Source: Nitratidesulfovibrio vulgaris str. Hildenborough (lineage in GTDB: Bacteria > Desulfobacterota > Desulfovibrionia > Desulfovibrionales > Desulfovibrionaceae). From it: a stretch of DNA of 32,000 nt. Every line of letters starts with the position of its first letter. The stretch's first letter is position 1. The notes under the pieces were generated by a model that did not search any database, was not told the origin of the DNA, and was given only the letters and a program-made list of their open reading frames with translations. Position numbers and translations under genes: made by a program. The stretch spans positions 1,470,001 to 1,502,000 of the forward strand of contig NC_002937.3 of assembly GCF_000195755.1 (NCBI RefSeq). Reading direction: 5' to 3'. Of the stretch, positions 7,932 through 14,047 are shown piece after piece.

Positions 7932-8396
7932 ATGGAGACCATGGCCATCACTCTCGTCATCAGCCTCGCCCTTGTCTTTATTTTCAAGGGGGAGGGGCGG
8001 CGAGGGCGTCTCTTTCGGCATAGCATGGCTGCCCTTGAGGGCGAGATGGCGCGCATCGAAGTCAAGTTGCAGGGCCTTCGCGAAGAGCAGGAACGGTTGC
8101 AGACAAGCGTAACGTCGTTGCAGGCGCGGTTGCAGCCCCACACGATAGCCGCCGTGAACGCCGTCGAAGTGAATCTCGACAAACAGTTGCGGCGTAGCAT
8201 GGCACGGGCCGAGACATTTGAACAACACCTGGTCCGGCGCGGGCTTGTTTCGCAGGAACAGCTTGAGAAGGTGGCGTCCTATCGGCAGGGTAGTGGCAGC
8301 GACTTGCCGACGGAAGAGCTTCTTGTCATGTTCGACTACATATCCGCCGAGGTCATGCGGCGGGCGAAGGCCGATTTCGGACGCCAGCAGGTGTGA
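7932..8396 (+). CDS. Membrane-anchored coiled-coil protein with C-terminal T2SSE_N/MshEN-like domain, 154 aa
   Basis: Domain order:
- TM helix MAITLVISLALVFIF
- coiled coil (LEGEMARIEVKLQGLREEQERLQTSVTSLQARL)
- LVRRGLVSQEQLEKVASYRQGSGSDLPTEELLVMFDYISAEVM, resembling the GspE/MshE N-terminal domain
The start could be the GTG at 7926, the ATG at 7932 (chosen) or the ATG at 7941. Confidence 0.55.
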   Translation: METMAITLVISLALVFIFKGEGRRGRLFRHSMAALEGEMARIEVKLQGLREEQERLQTSVTSLQARLQPHTIAAVNAVEVNLDKQLRRSMARAETFEQHLVRRGLVSQEQLEKVASYRQGSGSDLPTEELLVMFDYISAEVMRRAKADFGRQQV

Positions 8397-8420
8397 CGGA
8401 TCGTCTTTATGATCTTGCAG

Positions 8421-8456
8421 GCAGCCCCCGGCACATCGTGGCGGGGGCTGCTTGCG
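8421..8456 (+). terminator. Stem-loop terminator after the coiled-coil gene pair
   Basis: 9-bp stem GCAGCCCCC (8421-8429) / GGGGGCTGC (8443-8451), followed by ttgcgtctg. The U-tract is weak. Confidence 0.5.
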
Positions 8457-8672
8457 TCTGCCTGCCGCGCCCGGACAGTGCCTGAGGACCGGGGAGTCAT
8501 GGGGTGCGCGGAACGCGCGCGCGTCGTGGCGGCCTGTCGCCCTGCCCGGTGGGCGGGCCGGGGCATTGGCCTGACCAGGTTGAGCAGGAGCAGATGGAGA
8601 TGGCGCTACGACCCCCTTTCTGCAATGCCCAGACGCACCCTTCGTTGCGCGGTACGACTCGGCGGGGAGTCG

Positions 8673-9668
8673 TCAGACGCGCCTTGCGTCGGTTCTGGCT
8701 GCTTCGAGGTATTTCTGTTTGAGGTACGGGGGGGCCAACTGTTCGGCGAAGAGCAGGTAGACCATGCGCAGCCACTGGCTGTGGATGTCCCGTGCCTTCG
8801 CACGGCGCCGTTCCACAATGCCGTCGGGCAGGCGTTCGAGAGAAGCCATGAAAGAGGCGGCACGATGCTGCGCCCTGTGTGCGGCGTCGATAAGCGCAAG
8901 TCCCTCGCGTCGCATGGTTGCGCATCGTTCCGGCGAGGCGAGCAGGTCTTCGAGAAGGCGCACGAGGGCGTCCATGTCGTCGGGCGGGTAGGTGGCAAGG
9001 GCTTGGCCCTCCGGGAACAGGTCGAGGAGCCCATGCCCTATGCGGGGGGTCACCAGACAGCCTCCACAGCCCAATGCCTCGAAGACCCTGAAGTTCAGGT
9101 CGCCGTGTTCGCAATAGTTCAGGATGATGCGGCCTTCTGGGTACAGACTGCGATAGTCTCCGGTGCGAACCGCAAGACCCGGCACCCGGTCACGCAATGC
9201 GGACATGAAGGCATGTCGCTTGGGTGTGCGTGTTGCATCCACGGTCCCCACGAACATGACGTCCCACTGGAAGGTCTGCGGGCGAGGCCTGTCGTCGTCC
9301 TTGGCGAAGGCGGGAGTCCACCATACACGGTCTTGTGTCAGCCTCCGGCCTAGCATGGCGGGGATATGGTCGCGCAGGCTCATGAGGCAGATGTCGAAAG
9401 CCTGAGCGTAGTATGGGTACCAGCTGTGGATGTGCGAGTCGACGCAGTAGAAGACCGTGAGACACGGGAACGACTCGACACCCGTCACGAATGGGGGCCG
9501 ACTCTTGTCGGCAACCACCAGCACGTCAGGTTCGAAGCCCGCCATACGGACGATGTCGTCCCATCCGAAGACGGCCATCTCCTGAAAGTCGGTACTGCGG
9601 ATATCGTATCCGTGTCCTTCGAGTGCCTTGGAGAAGAACGGGCTACCAAGCCAGAACAGACGGGGCAT
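8673..9668 (-). CDS. CgeB-like glycosyltransferase (DUF3880 plus Glyco_trans_1_2-like), 331 aa
   Basis: Trimmed to the ATG at 9668 (MPRLFWLGSPFFSKALEGHGYD...), which has GGAGG 5 nt upstream. The C-terminal half (...LNYCEHGDLNFRVFEALGCGGCLVTP...) resembles the CgeB / spore-maturation-type GT family. The assignment is from memory of the family. Confidence 0.6.
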   Translation of the reverse strand: MPRLFWLGSPFFSKALEGHGYDIRSTDFQEMAVFGWDDIVRMAGFEPDVLVVADKSRPPFVTGVESFPCLTVFYCVDSHIHSWYPYYAQAFDICLMSLRDHIPAMLGRRLTQDRVWWTPAFAKDDDRPRPQTFQWDVMFVGTVDATRTPKRHAFMSALRDRVPGLAVRTGDYRSLYPEGRIILNYCEHGDLNFRVFEALGCGGCLVTPRIGHGLLDLFPEGQALATYPPDDMDALVRLLEDLLASPERCATMRREGLALIDAAHRAQHRAASFMASLERLPDGIVERRRAKARDIHSQWLRMVYLLFAEQLAPPYLKQKYLEAARTDARRV

Positions 9669-9764
9669 GTGACCTCCGGCTTCTGCTATAGCCCAGTGCC
9701 CGGACGGGGGCAACGCATGACCGTGTCGCCACGGATGACGGGGCCGGATGACGGGGACACCCGG

Positions 9765-9900
9765 AGATGGGGTGCCCGGCCGGAGGGCAGGGCCCGATGC
9801 TGGTGCGCGGGGCGTTCTTTCACGCATGTGAGAGACCCTGCGGAGTGCGGTACGCGCGACTTTTCATGCCACCCCACCGCGTAGCGTGCTTCGGAGGGTT
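9765..9900 (+). promoter_or_regulatory. Candidate, non-canonical TPP (THI-box) riboswitch in the thiC leader
   Basis: Partial THI-box elements appear in the correct order: GGGGTGCCC (9769-9777), TGAGAgACCC (9829-9838) and GCGTAG (9879-9884). The usual ACCTGATC..GG.TAAT..CC pyrophosphate-sensor segment is not recognisable. Downstream, the hairpin CCCCGC-acctc-GTGGGG (9996-10012) would sequester the only SD-like GGGG, 6 nt before the ATG. Confidence 0.35.
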
Positions 9901-10018
9901 CGCCATCGCCCGCTTGCCGGACTCCTGAAGGCGGTGCTTGCCAAGCCATGCGCGTGCTGCTAGACGAAGGTCGTCGTGTGTCGTCAGAGGCCACTCCCCG
10001 CACCTCGTGGGGTACATA

Positions 10019-11308
10019 ATGTCCATTCTCAACAGCAACGCCGCCTTGCGCGGCCTGCTTGACCAGCACCTCGCCGACCTTTCGCGCGAGGAGGGGCTCG
10101 CCCCCGAAACCATCAGGGACGCCATCGAGCGGGGCACCATGGTGCTGCTCGGCAATCCGTCCCACCCTTCTTTGCGCCCGATCCTCGTGGGGCAGCCTGC
10201 GCGTGTGAAGGTCAACGCCAACATCGGCACCTCGCCCATGCGCAACCATCCCGAATGCGAAATGCAGAAGGTGGACGCGGCTGTCGAGGCCGGTGCCGAC
10301 ACCATCATGGACCTCTCCATCGCAGGAGACCTCGACGCCATCCGGCGCGAGATGCTGGCCCGTTGTCCGCTGCCTCTCGGTACCGTGCCGCTTTACTCCG
10401 TGGCGCAGAAGTACATCGAATGCGGCAAGGACCCGGCTTTGATCGATCCTGAGGAAATCTTCGCAGAGATCGAAAAGCAGGCTCAGCAGGGCGTCGACTT
10501 CATGACCGTCCATTGCGGTCTGACGCGCCGAGGCGCGGAATGGGCCGCCAAGGGCGACCGTCTGCTCGGCATCGTCTCTCGCGGCGGTTCCATCCTTGCT
10601 CGCTGGATGCTCCGCCATGACCGGGAGAACCCGCTTCTCACCGGCTACGACCGCATCCTCGACATCGCCCGCAAGTACAACGTCACGCTGTCGCTTGGCG
10701 ATGGGCTGCGTCCCGGTGCCGGGGCTGATGCCGGTGACGCCGCACAGTGGGAAGAGGTCATGGTGCTTGGGCAACTTGCCAAGCGAGGCCTTGAAGCCGG
10801 AGTCCAGTGCATGATCGAGGGCCCCGGGCATGTTCCCATGAACGAGGTCGAGGCGCAGATCGTGGGCATCAAGAAGCTCACGCACGGTGCCCCCCTGTAT
10901 GTGCTCGGGCCGCTGGTCATCGACTCCTGCCCCGGCTACGACCATATCGCCGGAGCCATCGGCGGGGCGCTGGCCGTGCGTTCCGGTGTGGATTTCCTCT
11001 GCTATCTTACTCCGGCGGAGCACCTGACGCTGCCCACCAGAGAGGATGTTCGCGCTGGGGTTATTGCGTCGCGCATCGCCGCTCAGGCTGGCGAAGTCGC
11101 GCTCGGTCGTCCTCATGCCCTTGCGCGTGAACTCGGCATGGGCAAGGCCCGCAAGGCTCTGGACTGGCCCGGTATGGAGCGCCATGCGCTTGATGCCGCC
11201 ATGGTGGATGAGCGTCGCGGCGAACATCGCAACGAAGAGGAATGCGCCATGTGCGGCAAGTTCTGCGCAGTGAAGATGCTGCGCGACGACCCGCAGGGCG
11301 CGTTCTAG
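10019..11308 (+). CDS. thiC: Phosphomethylpyrimidine (HMP-P) synthase, short ThiC form, 429 aa
   Basis: Trimmed to the ATG at 10019 (MSILNSNAALRGLLD...). Conserved ThiC core: KVNANIGTSP...DTIMDLS...PLGTVPLY...FMTVHCG...GIVSRGGS...SLGDGLRPG...IEGPGHVP...LGPLVIDSCPGYDHI. The C-terminal Fe-S motif is CAMCGKFC. BzaA/B/F-type paralogs cannot be excluded by eye. Confidence 0.8.
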   Translation: MSILNSNAALRGLLDQHLADLSREEGLAPETIRDAIERGTMVLLGNPSHPSLRPILVGQPARVKVNANIGTSPMRNHPECEMQKVDAAVEAGADTIMDLSIAGDLDAIRREMLARCPLPLGTVPLYSVAQKYIECGKDPALIDPEEIFAEIEKQAQQGVDFMTVHCGLTRRGAEWAAKGDRLLGIVSRGGSILARWMLRHDRENPLLTGYDRILDIARKYNVTLSLGDGLRPGAGADAGDAAQWEEVMVLGQLAKRGLEAGVQCMIEGPGHVPMNEVEAQIVGIKKLTHGAPLYVLGPLVIDSCPGYDHIAGAIGGALAVRSGVDFLCYLTPAEHLTLPTREDVRAGVIASRIAAQAGEVALGRPHALARELGMGKARKALDWPGMERHALDAAMVDERRGEHRNEEECAMCGKFCAVKMLRDDPQGAF

Positions 11309-11378
11309 GCCGACCGTCCGTCCGTGCCCCGGAGGCGACAGGGGCGGCGTTGCCGCCATGCGGCCTGCTATCGATGAT

Positions 11379-11414
11379 GAAGGGAGCCCCCACCGGGGCT
11401 CCCTCTCTGTTTGG
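11379..11414 (+). terminator. Rho-independent terminator of thiC
   Basis: 10-bp stem AGGGAGCCCC (11381-11390) / GGGGCTCCCT (11395-11404), loop CACC, followed by ctctgttt. Confidence 0.7.
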
Positions 11415-11629
11415 TTGATAGGGGTGCGTTCATGTTCACAGACTGGCAGGGCCGGGTCTGGCAGTGCCGGGGCTGGAGACGTCTGGTGGCGGGCAGGTTC
11501 GCTCCTCCGGTGGATGGATTTGCGCTAGCCTCCTGAGTCACGCTCCCCCACAGGGCCCCTCTGGCAGCCATCCGCCTCCCCCTCCGTCTTTTCCCGCGGG
11601 CCGGGGCGCTTCATTGTCACGGCTACCCG

Positions 11630-12610
11630 CTATCCCTTCGTCCGCAGGTGTGCCGCGTTCACGACATTGACCGGGGTTCCTTCGATAAAGCTACGGATGT
11701 TGGCTGCGGTCGAGTCCATGAGTGTCCGTCTCGCCGTGCGCGACGCCCAAGCCAGATGCGGCGTGATGAGGCAGTTCTTTGCGGAAAGCAGCGGATTGTC
11801 TGCCGCGGGTGGTTCCTGCGAGAGGACATCCAGTCCGGCACCGGCGAGACGCCCGCTGTCGAGGGCTTCGGCAACGGCCCTTTCGTCCAGCAGGGGGCCG
11901 CGTGCGGTGTTGATGAGGTAGCTGCCGGGGCGCATGGATGCGAGACGTCTGGCATCGACCAGACCCTCTGTTTCGGGTGTGAGCGGACAATGCAGACTCA
12001 CCACGTCGGCGGAGGTGAACAGTTCGTCAAGCCCCACATGTTCGAAGGGGCGATAATCCGGGTCGAAACGACTGCGTGGAGCATACGCGATAACGTTCAT
12101 GCCCAGCGCATTGGCAATACGGCCCACACGCCGACCCGTATTGCCGAAGCCGACAATGCCCATGGTCTTGCCCGTGAGCTCTTCTTGCGTAGAGTCCCAG
12201 AAGCACCAGTCGGGACTCTGTGTCCATGCCCCGGCGCGGATACGATGGTCATGGAGTGCCGTTCTGCGGCAGAGTTCAAGAAGCAGGGCGAACACATGCT
12301 GCGCCACCGAGTCGGTGCCGTAGCCGGGGACGTTGGAGACGGGGATGCCCAGTACACCGGCGGCAGCCACATCCACCTTGTCGTAGCCCGTGGCAAGCAC
12401 GGAGACGAAACGCAGCCCGGGCAATGCCTGCAGTGCGCTCATGTCGAGGGGCACCTTGTTGGTGAGCACGACATGGGCCCCGGCAGCACGTTCAATGATC
12501 TTGTCTGACGGGGTGCGGGGATGGACGACAAGCTCTCCCAGTTCTTCGATGGGGGCCCATGAAATGTCACCCGGGTTCAGGGTGTAGCCGTCGAGGGCGA
12601 CGATGCGCAT
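11630..12610 (-). CDS. D-isomer-specific 2-hydroxyacid dehydrogenase (glycerate dehydrogenase / hydroxypyruvate reductase-like), 326 aa
   Basis: The ATG at 12610 (MRIVALDGYTLNPGD...) has GGAGAA upstream. It has the NAD-binding motif GIVGFGNTGRRVG and the catalytic-region sequences LINTARG and ITPHLAW. Confidence 0.85.
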   Translation of the reverse strand: MRIVALDGYTLNPGDISWAPIEELGELVVHPRTPSDKIIERAAGAHVVLTNKVPLDMSALQALPGLRFVSVLATGYDKVDVAAAGVLGIPVSNVPGYGTDSVAQHVFALLLELCRRTALHDHRIRAGAWTQSPDWCFWDSTQEELTGKTMGIVGFGNTGRRVGRIANALGMNVIAYAPRSRFDPDYRPFEHVGLDELFTSADVVSLHCPLTPETEGLVDARRLASMRPGSYLINTARGPLLDERAVAEALDSGRLAGAGLDVLSQEPPAADNPLLSAKNCLITPHLAWASRTARRTLMDSTAANIRSFIEGTPVNVVNAAHLRTKG

Positions 12611-12723
12611 GGCTTCTCCGTTAACGTTTTGCAGTTGCATTGGGATGGCGAACTATGTGATTACTGACTCGATAAATGTACGTAACCGCAACTGCCCGGT
12701 AAAGTCCCGGCACAGGGGGGAAC

Positions 12724-14016
12724 ATGCGGTTCTTCGTGGCGACAGTCTATCTTGTGATACTCGCCGTGTTCCCGTTTCCGGTCATGGCCTCAGGCTACGA
12801 GCCCGTGCGCCTTGGCATGTCGGCAGCCCTGACGGGCCCTACTGCCGCCCTGGGCCTTTCGTACCTCGCCGGCGTCAGGGCGGGCTTTGCAGAGGTTAAC
12901 GAGGCCGGGGGCGTCGGGGGGCGCAAGATACAACTCGTCGCCCTTGATGACGGATACGACCCGGATAGGGTCATCCACAACTACATCCGTCTTGTGGAGG
13001 AGGAGAGGGTCGATCAGCTTTTCGGTTTCACCGGAACGCCGACCGTCACAAGAGTGCTGCCCCTGCTCGTGCATGGGCGTTCTGCGGCGTCTGCCATGCT
13101 CTTTCCCCTTACCGGGGCCTATCCTCTTTCACTCGAACCGCAAGCCTCGCATATTTTTTCTCTCCGTGCCAGTTACGCTGACGAGATCGATGCCGTGGTC
13201 GAGCGTCTTGTCGGGGTGGGGGTGCGTCGTTTCGCGATCGCCTATCAGGCTGACGCCTATGGTCGAGAGGGATGGCACGATCTGCGGCAGTCGTTGCGGA
13301 GGTACGGGCTGGACATGGTCGCCGATGCGGCCTTCCAGCGCAATGGAGTCCTCCGCGTCGAGGATATCTCGGTTCAGTCCGGCATCCTCGTCGATGCTCA
13401 TCCCGAGGCAGTCCTCTGCATGGGAACAGATGTCTCGTGCGCCGCGCTTGCCTGCAATCTTCGTAATGTGGGGTTTGTCGGCCCGATCATCATGCCCTCC
13501 TTTGTCGTGAACCGAGGTTTCAAGGATCGCTTCAACGCATTGTGCCCGGTGACCCTTCCTGACAACCTTCTCTTCTGCGAGGTCATGCCGGAATATGGCG
13601 CCAGCCCGGCAGACCGGGCAGGGGATGGCGCGTCACCGTCCTGTGCGCTTGCAGCCGCGTTCGAGGCCGCCATGGCCCGGTACGCCGTGGGAGCACCCGC
13701 GGGTGACCGTGAGGCGCAGCCGGACGGAGTGCACAGCGGGACCGTTTCGTCTCATGCCAGCAAGCTGGATGAAGTGGCCTTCGAAGGGTATCTCGCGGCA
13801 CGTGCCGCCGTCCTTCTGTTCGGTGAGGCGGCCCCGCGTACAGACCTCGAAGCCCTTCGCGCGGCATGGACAAGGCTCGGGGGTGCACGGGGGGTGTTCT
13901 CAAGGTTTTGTACCCAGTTTCAGGGCCATGACGAAGCACGGCCCTATGTGCGCTTCGTGACCATAGAGGGTGCTGACGAGAAGACGGTGGACGACTTCGA
14001 GCGGTGGCGCCGATGA
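12724..14016 (+). CDS. Periplasmic solute-binding protein, LivK/Peripla_BP_6 (branched-chain amino acid type), 430 aa
   Basis: A signal peptide (MRFFVATVYLVILAVFPFPVMA) is followed by VRLGMSAALTGPTAALGLSYLAGVRAGFAEVNEAGGVGGRKIQLVALDDGYDP, typical of family-1 ABC binding proteins. No permease or ATPase genes are adjacent. Confidence 0.8.
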   Translation: MRFFVATVYLVILAVFPFPVMASGYEPVRLGMSAALTGPTAALGLSYLAGVRAGFAEVNEAGGVGGRKIQLVALDDGYDPDRVIHNYIRLVEEERVDQLFGFTGTPTVTRVLPLLVHGRSAASAMLFPLTGAYPLSLEPQASHIFSLRASYADEIDAVVERLVGVGVRRFAIAYQADAYGREGWHDLRQSLRRYGLDMVADAAFQRNGVLRVEDISVQSGILVDAHPEAVLCMGTDVSCAALACNLRNVGFVGPIIMPSFVVNRGFKDRFNALCPVTLPDNLLFCEVMPEYGASPADRAGDGASPSCALAAAFEAAMARYAVGAPAGDREAQPDGVHSGTVSSHASKLDEVAFEGYLAARAAVLLFGEAAPRTDLEALRAAWTRLGGARGVFSRFCTQFQGHDEARPYVRFVTIEGADEKTVDDFERWRR

Positions 14017-14047
14017 GCCGGGCAGGGAGTGTCTCAGGAGGGGCGGC

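Noticed and set aside
7455-8228. N-terminal extensions of track ORFs:
- the 749-aa version of the radical SAM ORF 5979-8228
- the 271-aa version of cobO
- the 595-aa version of gcvPB
- the 654-aa version of the kinase
- the 384-aa version of the glycosyltransferase
- the 368-aa version of the AEC permease
   Set aside because: The extensions have junk-like composition and overlap neighbouring real genes or intergenic regulatory DNA. Internal starts with good Shine-Dalgarno sequences give proteins of the canonical family length.
9858-9880. Sigma-54 promoter near-matches:
- TGGCATGAAAAGTCGC, minus strand, at 9858-9880
- TGGCACCGTGGGTTGCA, minus strand, at 3848-3865
- GGCACCGCGTTGC at 20959
- GGCACGGGTTAGC at 7544
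   Set aside because: In every case the GG-to-GC spacing is one nt too long or too short relative to the strict GG-N10-GC geometry, or the site is inside a coding region. None is reported as a promoter.
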